Source: Prochlorococcus sp. AG-409-M05
GTDB lineage: Bacteria > Cyanobacteriota > Cyanobacteriia > PCC-6307 > Cyanobiaceae
Length of the DNA stretch: 64,000 bases
Reading direction: 5' to 3'
NCBI GenBank assembly: GCA_003215435.1
Contig: QCKJ01000006.1
Span: forward strand, 4,070-68,069
The stretch's first letter is position 1. Every line of letters begins with the position of its first letter. A program made the position numbers and the translations under genes. Below are positions 18,519 through 27,860 of the stretch, piece by piece. The notes below the pieces were generated by a model, which ran no database searches, was not told the DNA's origin, and saw nothing but the letters and a program-made list of their open reading frames with translations.

Positions 18519-18619
18519 AATAATCAAGTTGTCAACATATTTACTTATAATACTTTTCTAAATTGTATGCTTTTTGCATACTTGAACTTGAGATCAAAGA
18601 TCTTGAGCCAGATATGTAA

Positions 18620-18904
18620 TTACTCTTCAGCTGAATCTTTGGCTTTAGCGGCTTCTTTAGCTTTTGCTTCAGCTTCAGCTTTAGCTTTTGCCTCTGCTTG
18701 TGCTTTAGCTTTTGCCTCTGCTTCAGCCTGGGCTTTGGCCTCCGCTTCGGCTTTAGCTTTGGCTTCTGCTTCTGCTTGGGCTCTAGCCGCCTCCTGTTCT
18801 CTGTATGACCTGGCTGATGAGCCGTCAAATAATTTGAGTAAACCTATAACAATGGGTACATGGGCTAGACCCCCGACCACAACAGTCATCTCGCTGTAAG
18901 CCAT
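18620..18904 (-). CDS. Small membrane-anchored protein with Ala/Glu/Lys repeat tail
   Basis: An N-terminal hydrophobic segment (MTVVVGGLAHVPIVIGLLKLF) is followed by about 55 residues of (A-E/K/Q-A) repeats. Of three overlapping ORFs on the repeat, this is the only one with a non-repetitive, membrane-like N-terminus. Confidence 0.55.
   Translation of the reverse strand: MAYSEMTVVVGGLAHVPIVIGLLKLFDGSSARSYREQEAARAQAEAEAKAKAEAEAKAQAEAEAKAKAQAEAKAKAEAEAKAKEAAKAKDSAEE
18641..18792. repeat. Imperfect tandem repeat (GCT/TCW-rich, 6-12-nt periodicity) encoding the AEAKAK tail
   Basis: Units of the form gcttcagcttcagctttagcttttgcctctgct recur with small variations. The stretch is open in three reading frames. 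Confidence 0.7.
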
Positions 18905-19080
18905 TCTTCTATTTGCCGCTTGACCAAAGTGTACACCGAAGAAGCATATTCGTTATCTGAAGTTGTTTTTGCTTCTTATTTCTTAGAAATCGGATTTTTA
19001 TGGTTGTTGGATGACTTTCTTTGGATATACACCTCGGTAATGATTTTTTAACAGGAGATTCAACAAGACATATCTGTTCC

Positions 19081-19821
19081 CTACATGACTTGATTTAGGA
19101 AGCGTCTACTTCTTTCCTCCTTTGCATCAATAAAAAATGTATTAGGTGATGAGATCTCTATAACCTTCCCTTCATCCATAAAAACAACTCTGTCTGAGAC
19201 CTCTCTTGCAAATCCAATTTCATGTGTCACGACAACCATAGTCATCCCTTTATTGGCAAGACTTTTGATTGCATCAAGCACTTCTTTAACCTTTTCAGGA
19301 TCTAACGCGCTAGTAGGTTCATCAAAGAGCATTATCTTCGGATTCAGTGCAAGAGCTCTCGCGATTGCCGCTCTCTGTTGTTGGCCCCCACTAAGTTGGT
19401 TTGGGTGCTTTCTTGCTTGATCTTCTATTCCCATTTGGATGAGCAGCTCGAAGGCTTTTGTTTCTGCTTCGGCAGCTGAGCATCCCTGCACTTGAATAGG
19501 AGCCAAAGTAATGTTTTCAAGAATTGAAAGGTGTGGGAATAGATTGAATTGTTGGAAGACCATGCCAACTTGACGCCTAATCAAGCTAACTTGCTGCTGA
19601 TTTTTATCTGAGTCGAGTGGTATACCAAGGATCTCTAGTTTGCCACTATCAATTGACTCAAGGCCATTAAATGTACGTATAAGTGTACTTTTACCTGAGC
19701 CTGAAGGTCCCATTATCACAAGGATTTCACCACTTGTGACGTCTAACGAAACATTGTCTAGAGCCATATTGCCATGCCCAAAAGTCTTAGTAATTCTTTT
19801 GGCTTCAATCGCACTTTTCAT
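19081..19821 (-). CDS. Polar amino-acid ABC transporter ATP-binding protein (AapP/BgtA/GlnQ type)
   Basis: It has Walker [10 protein letters not shown], signature LSGGQQQR, Walker [13 protein letters not shown] and an H-loop VTHE. It is the last gene of a four-gene operon. Confidence 0.9.
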   Translation of the reverse strand: MKSAIEAKRITKTFGHGNMALDNVSLDVTSGEILVIMGPSGSGKSTLIRTFNGLESIDSGKLEILGIPLDSDKNQQQVSLIRRQVGMVFQQFNLFPHLSILENITLAPIQVQGCSAAEAETKAFELLIQMGIEDQARKHPNQLSGGQQQRAAIARALALNPKIMLFDEPTSALDPEKVKEVLDAIKSLANKGMTMVVVTHEIGFAREVSDRVVFMDEGKVIEISSPNTFFIDAKEERSRRFLNQVM

Positions 19822-20873
19822 AGATTTATTCTGTCAGACTTGTCTGGGGACAGGTCCTTCTCTAGTCGGTTCGATATAAGTGCCATTGCTGTACAAGTGA
19901 ACCAATAAACAAATCCTATCCAAATATAAGCCTCAAGATATCTACCAATAAACTCTGGGTTGGCTAACAAACTTCTTGTAATACCAAGAAGCTCAACCAA
20001 TCCAAGTATTGCCATCAGGCTTGTATTTTGAAGTAACCCTATTGCCTGGTTTGTTAATGCAGGCAGGGCAATTCTCAACGCTTGAGGGAGAACAATAAAT
20101 TGCATTACATGTATATTTGACAAACCAAGAGCTTGTGCTGCCTCTTTTTGTGTTTTTGGAATCGATTGAAGTCCACTTCTAATATCTTCTGCTACATAGG
20201 CAGCTGAAAATAAAGTAAAGGCAATAATAGCTCTAAGAACTCTATTCAACTCAATATCTACCGGAAGAAATAAAGGTATTAGAAGTTGACCAAAAAATAA
20301 TACTGCTATTAGTGGAATTGCTCTAACTAATTCGACATATAACTTGCATGGGTTTCTAACCAAAAACATATCACTTTGTCTTCCTAATGCCAGCAGTATT
20401 CCTATAGGAAGAGCAAATGCAGCACTGCATATAGTTAAGAGAATCGTTAAGCTAAGACCTCCCCAATAACGTGTTTGTACTGGCGCAAGGCCTATCCCCC
20501 CTGAATGAAGAATAATTCCTGCAGGAATCAATATAATCCAAATACAATAGATAAATCTTCTTACCAATTTTGATTTATTTTTGAAAAGTGTTAATAAAAT
20601 AGTGCTAAATAATAATAATAGCCAAGTAAGAGGTCTCCATTGATATTCTCTGGGATAACTTCCAAGTGCATATAAATGTAAGTTCTTTGTTACTACCGTC
20701 CAATCAGCGACGAATAGAATCCAGTTAAATGCTTTGAATGAACAAACAATAATAATTAAAACTAAGAATATGTTAATTACACTCTCAATGCCTCCGTCTA
20801 GGAAATGTCCTGTCTTTATTCTTTTTTGCTTAAAAATTTTCCTCATTATCTTTCTGGGATAGTAAAATATCAT
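19818..20873 (-). CDS. Amino-acid ABC transporter permease (AapM/NatH type)
   Basis: It has multiple TM helices and the EAA-like loop [13 protein letters not shown]. It overlaps both neighbours by 4 nt. Confidence 0.85.
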   Translation of the reverse strand: MIFYYPRKIMRKIFKQKRIKTGHFLDGGIESVINIFLVLIIIVCSFKAFNWILFVADWTVVTKNLHLYALGSYPREYQWRPLTWLLLLFSTILLTLFKNKSKLVRRFIYCIWIILIPAGIILHSGGIGLAPVQTRYWGGLSLTILLTICSAAFALPIGILLALGRQSDMFLVRNPCKLYVELVRAIPLIAVLFFGQLLIPLFLPVDIELNRVLRAIIAFTLFSAAYVAEDIRSGLQSIPKTQKEAAQALGLSNIHVMQFIVLPQALRIALPALTNQAIGLLQNTSLMAILGLVELLGITRSLLANPEFIGRYLEAYIWIGFVYWFTCTAMALISNRLEKDLSPDKSDRINL

Positions 20874-21778
20874 TTTATATTTTTATCTATAGCAAGTTTA
20901 TTCACCATTCCCATGAATATACTTATAATAAGATTAAAGCTTAAAAATATTAAAAGTAGTAAGGTAAAACCTTCTATAGCTCTTCCTGTTTGAGTGATCA
21001 CAGTGTCACTAACAGCGTATAGATCTGCATAGCCTACAGCAATTGCTAAAGTACTATTTTTTGCCAGATTTAGATATTGACTTGTGAGTGCTGGAAGAAT
21101 TGCTGGGAGGGCTTGTGGAATAATAATAACTCTTAAACCAATACTTTCTTGAATACCTAGGCTTCTAAAGGCTTCCCACTGTCCTTTGCTTACTGACTTT
21201 AACCCTCCTCTTATTATTTCAGCTATAGAGGCGCCAGTGAAAATTGTGAGGCCCAATACTACAGCTGAAAATTCAGCACTAAGCTTTACACCCAGTAAAT
21301 TTATTCCTTGATTTGATAGCTCTATAATTGAACCTAAAGGTGCAAACCCACTTTCAGACAAATTCAGGAATCCTATAAAATACCAAAAGAAAAGTTGCAA
21401 TAGCAATGGTATTTGACGGACTATGGCAACATATGCGCTACTTACTTGGCTAAGAAAGATATTTTTACCTATCCGGGCGGAACCAGCTATTAAACCCAGT
21501 ATTGTTGCAAAAACAAGACTTACTATGATTACTTTTAGACTATTGAGCCACCCAATTAATAGAACTTTTACATAATTATCCGATGGACTATATTCAATCG
21601 CATGTTCTGAAAGTTCAAAACCAGTTGGATGAATTAACCAATTAAAACTTATGCCCATTCCTGTACGAATTAAGTTTATGACCAGATTATTAAGGACTAC
21701 TCCTAGAAAAGATATTATGGTTAAAAGAACTAATAATTGTATAAGAAGTCTTTTATTAGAATGTATTCTTAATTTCAT
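20870..21778 (-). CDS. Amino-acid ABC transporter permease (AapQ/NatG type)
   Basis: It has multiple TM helices and the EAA-like loop KGQWEAFRSLGI. It directly abuts the binding-protein gene. Confidence 0.85.
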   Translation of the reverse strand: MKLRIHSNKRLLIQLLVLLTIISFLGVVLNNLVINLIRTGMGISFNWLIHPTGFELSEHAIEYSPSDNYVKVLLIGWLNSLKVIIVSLVFATILGLIAGSARIGKNIFLSQVSSAYVAIVRQIPLLLQLFFWYFIGFLNLSESGFAPLGSIIELSNQGINLLGVKLSAEFSAVVLGLTIFTGASIAEIIRGGLKSVSKGQWEAFRSLGIQESIGLRVIIIPQALPAILPALTSQYLNLAKNSTLAIAVGYADLYAVSDTVITQTGRAIEGFTLLLLIFLSFNLIISIFMGMVNKLAIDKNIK

Positions 21779-22861
21779 TTACTTCATTGGTGGAGATATT
21801 AGTACTCCACCATCTTTATATAATGCATTTAACCCTCTTTTTATAGGAACTGATGTACCTGGTCCCAGATTCCTAGTGTAAATATCTGCATAGTTTCCAG
21901 TACTTTGTATAATCTTCACAACAAAATCATTCTCTAATCCAAGCTTATTACCTAAGGCACCATCAACTCCAAGGAATCTTCTTAATGTTGTAAGATTCTT
22001 GTTAGACTTTGCTTCAACTAATTTTAAGTTTATATTTTTCTTGTTAATATTTAATTCCTCTGCTTGAATTAATGCATAGATGACCCATCTTATTGCATCG
22101 CTTAATTTTTGATCTCCACCTATTGATGCTGGAGCTAGTGGCTCTTTGCTCATAACGGTGTTAAGAATAATATGCTTCTCAGGATTCTCGAAGCCAGACC
22201 TAGCTGCCGATAGTTGTGAAAGGTCAGAGGTCATTGCCCTGCACCTTCCTTGTAAATAACCTGCAATAACTTGATTTAGATCTTGATACTTTATAGGGGT
22301 ATAAGAGAGCTTTTTCTCTTGAAAAGTATCATTGAGGTTCTGTTCAGTAGTTGTTCCAGACCCGACGCAAATGTCAGAACTTTCAAGATCATCAATTGAC
22401 AGCACATTACTTTCTTCTTTAACCATCAGTCCTTGTCCATCGTGGAATACCACTGGTGCGAATGTCACCCCATTCCCTCCCACAGAATCTCTACTTAGGT
22501 TGAACGTTGTGTTTCTTGAAAGCACATCTATTTCACCTGTCTTTAGAGCCGTAAATCTTTCTGGTGCTGTTAGTGGCCTGTACTGTACCTTTTTATCATC
22601 GCCTAAAAATGCAGCGGCCATAGCTTTACAGATGTCAACGTCAAAACCTTCATAGTTACCATCACTCCCAAGGAAACTAAACCCTGGTATCTTTCCGCTC
22701 ACGCCACAATGTAATTCTCCTCTGTTTTGAATTAGCTCAAGCCGGGAGACACTACTTGTATCCAACTTTGCACAGCCTGTAGTGAGAATAGATACTCCCA
22801 ATAGGGTTTTCCAAAAAGCTTTTACTCTTTCTAGCTGAATAACCTTTGACTTAAGTCCCAC
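21779..22861 (-). CDS. Periplasmic amino-acid-binding lipoprotein (AapJ/NatF type)
   Basis: It has a lipobox-like LTTGC and family-3 solute-binding-protein blocks (GFDVDICKA, IDVLSRNTT). It is the first gene of the operon, with a GTG start. Confidence 0.85.
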   Translation of the reverse strand: MGLKSKVIQLERVKAFWKTLLGVSILTTGCAKLDTSSVSRLELIQNRGELHCGVSGKIPGFSFLGSDGNYEGFDVDICKAMAAAFLGDDKKVQYRPLTAPERFTALKTGEIDVLSRNTTFNLSRDSVGGNGVTFAPVVFHDGQGLMVKEESNVLSIDDLESSDICVGSGTTTEQNLNDTFQEKKLSYTPIKYQDLNQVIAGYLQGRCRAMTSDLSQLSAARSGFENPEKHIILNTVMSKEPLAPASIGGDQKLSDAIRWVIYALIQAEELNINKKNINLKLVEAKSNKNLTTLRRFLGVDGALGNKLGLENDFVVKIIQSTGNYADIYTRNLGPGTSVPIKRGLNALYKDGGVLISPPMK

Positions 22862-22929
22862 TGCATAGATGCGATTTCATCTCATTCTATGCAATCCCTC
22901 CTGTTTATCTTAAGTAAATCTCTTAATGC

Positions 22930-24255
22930 CTATAGCTTTGGCAGCAATTCTTCAGGGTCATATTTGGCTTTTAACTCTCTAAGTTCTGGTAACCAATTTT
23001 TAAACGCTAATTTTATTTCTCTTTCATGCCAGGTCAAGTGAGGGTGCATTTGTGCCATATGTACGCCGCTACACCTTTTCATAAGCTCATCCCATGCTAT
23101 CTCTAGCCACTTCAAGCTTTTAGTTCTCATCCTTTCATCAGCTTGCGGCCAGCATGCTGTTATCCAGATTTTCCAACTACCAGACCGGTGAATAAAAGAG
23201 GTTAGAGGAGCTGTATTTTTGTTGATCACTCCACCCATTTGTTGGGCCGCGATGCTACAACTTTTATGAGGCCTATCTTGTATAAGCTTTTCTATTAGCT
23301 TGACCATACACTCACTATCTTCTCCCCACGATTTACCTATCAAGCTTATTACTTCTGAATAAATTATATCTGCATGTTGATTTTTAGAACTAGTTATATT
23401 GAATGAAGGCAATTCGTTCAAACCTGAGACTTGGCTTAGTTTTATTTTCTTTTTAAATGATAGATCTTTTAATATCGATTCGTGAAATAGTACTTTTTCA
23501 TTAATAACACTTGAATTGATTCCAAACCCAATTATATTCTCTCCCCAGAACCATTGAAAGCTATATGTATCAGGTGAAGACTCTGCATGCTGAATAGCTT
23601 CTATAAGTTCGTTTTTATTGATGATTGACTGCCACAGATCTATTCTCTCTAGTTCAAAAGTTTTTATCTTTAAATGGGTTATTATTGCTAAGAAAGGTGC
23701 AGCACCACATAGAGCACCCCAGATTTTTTTTTCGGTCAATGATGAAGAACTTACTGGCTTTTTTAGGTTTAGGTATTCTCCATTACCCCATACTCCTTTG
23801 AATTCAACTATTTGATCAACAGCAAGCCCCTGGCTCCTACTTAAAGGGCTGACTCCTCCATTAATTATATAACCAATACCTGTTAACTTAGATAAGCCAA
23901 TAGGAAAGCTCCTTTTGTACTTTGCAAGCTCTTTAACAAGATCTCCCATGTTATTACCAGCTCCCAGGTAAATTTCTTTCTTCTCATCATCAAAAACCAT
24001 TTCTTTATAGTTTTTGCGTAGATCTAATGTCCAATGACCTTCTGCTGCACAACGTGACGTTGTACCTCCACTACATACTAAAAGAGGGAGTGGAAACAAT
24101 CTTTTTGTCTTGACTAAGTTCCTAAAACTCTCATCCACCCTTTCAAGCACACCTGATAAGCAGGCATCACTTGCTATCTGATTAGGGACTTGGATCTTTT
24201 TTGAGATGGTTCTACTGCTTCCTTGATAAGCGTAACCACTTTCGCCGCGCAGCAT
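22930..24255 (-). CDS. FAD-linked oxidase (PCMH-type FAD-binding domain with berberine-bridge-like C-terminus)
   Basis: It resembles the FAD_binding_4 family (PLLVCSGGTTS..GHWTLDL, GAGNNMGDL) and ends in a BBE-like tail (LRELKAKYDPEELL). The substrate is unknown. Confidence 0.65.
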   Translation of the reverse strand: MLRGESGYAYQGSSRTISKKIQVPNQIASDACLSGVLERVDESFRNLVKTKRLFPLPLLVCSGGTTSRCAAEGHWTLDLRKNYKEMVFDDEKKEIYLGAGNNMGDLVKELAKYKRSFPIGLSKLTGIGYIINGGVSPLSRSQGLAVDQIVEFKGVWGNGEYLNLKKPVSSSSLTEKKIWGALCGAAPFLAIITHLKIKTFELERIDLWQSIINKNELIEAIQHAESSPDTYSFQWFWGENIIGFGINSSVINEKVLFHESILKDLSFKKKIKLSQVSGLNELPSFNITSSKNQHADIIYSEVISLIGKSWGEDSECMVKLIEKLIQDRPHKSCSIAAQQMGGVINKNTAPLTSFIHRSGSWKIWITACWPQADERMRTKSLKWLEIAWDELMKRCSGVHMAQMHPHLTWHEREIKLAFKNWLPELRELKAKYDPEELLPKL

Positions 24256-24298
24256 AAGCAGTTGAGGCTTTAAGGTCTTAATAAATGGAATTCCTATT

Positions 24299-25315
24299 TT
24301 GAAGTTACCTATTCAATCAGCTCAAAGCGAGCAGGTAGGAATCCTTGTTTGCGGACATGGTAGTAGAAGTGAGTTAGCTGTTAAGGAGTTTTCACTGCTA
24401 GTTAAGTCCATAAAGTATCAATTAGAAGGTATTCCTGTTGAATATGGATATCTTGAGTTTGCTAAACCAATAATTCGAGATGCACTTAATAGGTTAAGAG
24501 CTAAGTCAATTAAGAGGGTCCTTGCTGTTCCTGCGATGTTATTTGCAGCAGGCCACGTGAAAAATGACATACCTTCAGTTCTCAACAATTACACTGCAGA
24601 AACTGGACTCTTAATTGACTATGGCAGAGAGTTAGGAATTAACCATTTAATGATGGGGGCAGCCGTAGATAGGATTAAGGAAGTTCTATCCCAATCTAAA
24701 GAATTGGATCCTTCAGATACGTTACTAATCGTTGTAGGTCGTGGTTCTTCTGACCCGGATGCCAATGGCAATATTGCTAAGGTTACAAGACTTTTAGTTG
24801 AATTATTTGGTTTTGGTTGGGGAGAAACAGCTTATTCGGGCGTAACTTTCCCTTTAGTAGATCCTGCGCTAAGAAATGCCGCCAAGTTAGGCTTTAAAAG
24901 GATTATAGTTTTTCCCTATTTTCTTTTTTCAGGCATATTAATTAATCGGATTCAAAACCATACTGAGATGGTCTCTAATGATTACCCCAATATTGAGTTT
25001 GTTTCTGCAAAATACTTAGCTGATCATCCATTAGTAATTGAAACATTTTTAGAACGAATTAATGAGGTTTTTGTTGGTGGTAATACTTCTATGAATTGCT
25101 CTTTATGTAAGTACAGGTCTCAACTCCTTGGTTTTGAAGGAGAGGTAGGTCTCCAGCAGAAGGGCCATCATCACCATGTGGAAGGTCAAGGACACAGTCA
25201 TGACCATGACCATGACCATGACCATGACCATGACCATGACCATGACCATGACCGACCGATTTACCCCCACTCCAAACATCCCTTTGGACCCGAAACGCTA
25301 AAAAAGAAAAACTAA
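24299..25315 (+). CDS. cbiX: Sirohydrochlorin chelatase CbiX, long form with Cys motif and His/Asp-rich tail
   Basis: It has two CbiX half-domains (VCGHGSR and VVGRGSSDP), then MNCSLCKY and HHHHVEGQGHSHD(HD)8. The start is TTG. Confidence 0.85.
   Translation: MKLPIQSAQSEQVGILVCGHGSRSELAVKEFSLLVKSIKYQLEGIPVEYGYLEFAKPIIRDALNRLRAKSIKRVLAVPAMLFAAGHVKNDIPSVLNNYTAETGLLIDYGRELGINHLMMGAAVDRIKEVLSQSKELDPSDTLLIVVGRGSSDPDANGNIAKVTRLLVELFGFGWGETAYSGVTFPLVDPALRNAAKLGFKRIIVFPYFLFSGILINRIQNHTEMVSNDYPNIEFVSAKYLADHPLVIETFLERINEVFVGGNTSMNCSLCKYRSQLLGFEGEVGLQQKGHHHHVEGQGHSHDHDHDHDHDHDHDHDHDRPIYPHSKHPFGPETLKKKN
25199..25252 (+). repeat. Perfect hexanucleotide microsatellite (CATGAC)x9, in frame, encoding (His-Asp)9
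   Basis: Counted directly: nine uninterrupted CATGAC units. Confidence 0.95.
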
Positions 25316-25367
25316 ACTCAATCCTTAAAAAAAATAGTGGATTTGAGAGGCTCAGCTGTCTCTTTCT

Positions 25368-25393
25368 AACTAAGTCTAAAGAGACTTAGTTTT
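25368..25393 (+). terminator. Rho-independent terminator candidate after cbiX
   Basis: A 10-bp stem AACTAAGTCT/AGACTTAGTT with an AAAG loop, running into TTTT. An alternative upstream pairing, GTCTCTTT (25358-25365) with AAAGAGAC (25378-25385), competes for the same bases. Confidence 0.6.
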
Positions 25394-25713
25394 GATTAGT
25401 AGTGCTAATGGTTTAAGGCCTATGGATTTTCCCCTGACCTTTCCACAGTTCTAGGTGGTTTTTCCACATTGGATGTCTTAAATAAGCCTATTGATGGTCT
25501 TACTGTGAGTTTCTGTAAGGGTGCTTTTTGAGTCTTGACAGATGAGTGTTTGACCTACTCATTAGACGTAGTTTGTTTTTCATCACTCAACAACCTTTGC
25601 TATGACTTGAGTCTTGAACAGTCTCGCAAGTTTTTACTGAATGACTCATAACTTTGACGTCTGGGCTTTGTCTGACGATCCTTGTCTACGAGAAAAACAA
25701 ATTCTGAGCTTGC

Positions 25714-25983
25714 ATGAACCTGAATCATCTCGATCCCTACGTTGAAATAAATACAGCCAACTCATCTATAGAGACCACTTCTCTGTCTTGTATAAGTCTT
25801 GAGACTGAGATCCCAGAGGTTCTTTACAGGTCCATGCAAGAGTTCATTCGTTCCAATCCAACTTGGGATCAATACACCGTATTGAAGTCTGCTCTTGCTA
25901 ACTTCCTTTTTCAAAATGGTTGTTTGGATAGAGGCGTGACTGAGATTTATTTAAATGATCTTTTCAGCCGATCTGATGCTTGA
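25714..25983 (+). CDS. Small conserved cyanobacterial protein (DUF2811-like; family recalled from memory)
   Basis: EIPEVLYRSMQEFIRSNPTWDQYTVLKSALANFLFQNG resembles the conserved core of a cyanobacteria-specific small-protein family. Its 3' end overlaps the convergent GMC gene by 20 nt. Confidence 0.55.
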   Translation: MNLNHLDPYVEINTANSSIETTSLSCISLETEIPEVLYRSMQEFIRSNPTWDQYTVLKSALANFLFQNGCLDRGVTEIYLNDLFSRSDA

Positions 25984-27613
25984 CCGAATGTAGACAAGCC
26001 CTCCTTGTGATAGCCATCATTGTGAGAGTAGGGCTTTGCCATCCAGAGGTGGGCCAACATGCTCCATCTACTACAAGCACGTTTTTAGAACGCCATAGAC
26101 GATTCCATTGATCGACAACACTTGTTTTCTCATTCCCCCCCATTCTTGCTCCTCCCACTTCATGAATGTAATAGCCGGGAGGAGGTGGTGGCCCTTTAAG
26201 AGCAACCGCTTTATCTAATATTGGATTTAATAAAGGAAAATTTATAATTTCTTTTACTGGTAGAACTTGTCCTCCTGCCAATTGAATAGTTCTTTCTATT
26301 GTGTTTTGCATGTGAGAGGCCATGATTATTTCATTCTCATTCCATTGACATTCAATGTTCGGGATAGGAATACCCCATCTATCTGATTTTTCTGAGAGAG
26401 TCACTCGGTTATCTTTGTTAGCTAGCACTTCGCCATGACCAATTAAGAAGCCGGTTTTCTTATCAGGATATTTTTTTAGATATTCAGGAGGCTCGAATCT
26501 ATCTATTCCTCCCCAAAGACCATAACTCCGAATGAAGTTATTGTTATCAATCAATTTCTCTCCTATTGGAATCAAAAAGCTACCTGCTCCGGACAACTCA
26601 TTCTTTAATCCGTTAGAGATACTTTTTGGTTGATTGATATCACTAGAGAGAGTAAAGAATCGACATGATGAAATATGATCCATTAGATAACATCCTAGTT
26701 CTCCTGAAGTATCGATAAAACCTTTATCATTGGACTTCTCTTCTGAACTTAGTAATATCCTTAATGTGTGAATTGTTGACGCACAAAGAACAATTAAATC
26801 TCCACAGAGCTCATTCCTATTACCAGTCAACTGATCTACAACAATTACTCCTTTTGCTAAACCTTTCTCATCATTGAAAATTATTCTTTCTACCATTTGA
26901 TTACTCATAATTTCGACCTTACCTGTTGCCATTGCTAGCCTCAGTGTGCTCCCAAGGCTGCTTGACCTTGGCCATTTATTTTCAGATGTGGGTTGATGAG
27001 GCCCAAAGCCTCTTGAATTAATAACAGGTACCTCAGCCTTTCTCTTTACAATTGAGGCAAATTGATTTTCTATATCTGTCAGAGGTAATGGGTCGATGTA
27101 TTCCCCATCTGGGAGCCCAACCAATCCGTCTTTCTTTCCATGTATTTTTAAAAGTTTTTCTAATGACGAATAGTGATGATCGAGGTCTTTATGAGCTATT
27201 GGCCAGACGGGGCCATAACCATCTTTTTTAGAGGCTTTGAATTCATTGTCTGAAAGTCTTAGGGTTATACCTCCCCATGTAAGGCTTTTACCTCCTACTT
27301 GCTTTCCCTGAGTCCAAAGAAAAGGTTTATTAGGTGGGTGAGTGTAAGGAGATTTTTTCTCATTCGCATAGAGGATGGGATTTGCTTTCCAGTAGCCAGG
27401 GTGCTGGGCTTGACGTCTTTGTTGACCAGTTGCTATTCCCTGCAAACGTCTAACCATATTGCAAGCATCTGTCCCCTGTGCCTCTTCTGCGGAAAAATGC
27501 GGGCCTGATTCTATGACAAGTACTCTTACTCCTTGCTCTGCAAATGTCAGAGCTGCTACTCCCCCAGTAGCCCCTGAGCCAATCACTATCACTTCATAGG
27601 GTTTATTTATCAA
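25964..27613 (-). CDS. GMC-family (glucose-methanol-choline) flavin oxidoreductase
   Basis: It has an N-terminal FAD fold VIVIGSGATGGVAA..E and a C-terminal GMC block HEVGGARMG..VVDGACWPTSG. The substrate is unknown. Confidence 0.85.
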   Translation of the reverse strand: MINKPYEVIVIGSGATGGVAALTFAEQGVRVLVIESGPHFSAEEAQGTDACNMVRRLQGIATGQQRRQAQHPGYWKANPILYANEKKSPYTHPPNKPFLWTQGKQVGGKSLTWGGITLRLSDNEFKASKKDGYGPVWPIAHKDLDHHYSSLEKLLKIHGKKDGLVGLPDGEYIDPLPLTDIENQFASIVKRKAEVPVINSRGFGPHQPTSENKWPRSSSLGSTLRLAMATGKVEIMSNQMVERIIFNDEKGLAKGVIVVDQLTGNRNELCGDLIVLCASTIHTLRILLSSEEKSNDKGFIDTSGELGCYLMDHISSCRFFTLSSDINQPKSISNGLKNELSGAGSFLIPIGEKLIDNNNFIRSYGLWGGIDRFEPPEYLKKYPDKKTGFLIGHGEVLANKDNRVTLSEKSDRWGIPIPNIECQWNENEIIMASHMQNTIERTIQLAGGQVLPVKEIINFPLLNPILDKAVALKGPPPPPGYYIHEVGGARMGGNEKTSVVDQWNRLWRSKNVLVVDGACWPTSGWQSPTLTMMAITRRACLHSVKHQIG

Positions 27614-27732
27614 GAGACATCTACCTACATTTCGTTTCTCTCAGTACTGGATTCAGATTTAAATGACCCACTTTTAGGGACTTTGGTTGAAAAATGCTTT
27701 GGCAATATCAATTACTAATTAGTCTTTCAAAT

Positions 27733-27809
<77 letters not shown>

Positions 27810-27860
27810 ATGGACCTACTAACAATGATACATCTGGACAAGTTATAACCTACATGTTTT

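Noticed and set aside
18541-18899. Two alternative ORFs on the repeat: a minus-strand poly-Lys/Pro/Gln frame (18541-18828) and a plus-strand poly-Ala/Ser/Leu frame (18567-18899).
   Set aside because: They are kept open only by the repeat periodicity. Neither has a credible non-repetitive domain, and the third frame (18620-18904) has a membrane-anchor N-terminus.
25964-25983. Convergent 3'-end overlaps (DUF2811-like/GMC, 20 nt; DUF2949-like/apt at 47049-47058, 10 nt) as a possible antisense regulatory device.
   Set aside because: Short convergent overlaps are common in compact genomes and need no special explanation. There is no additional structure at these sites.
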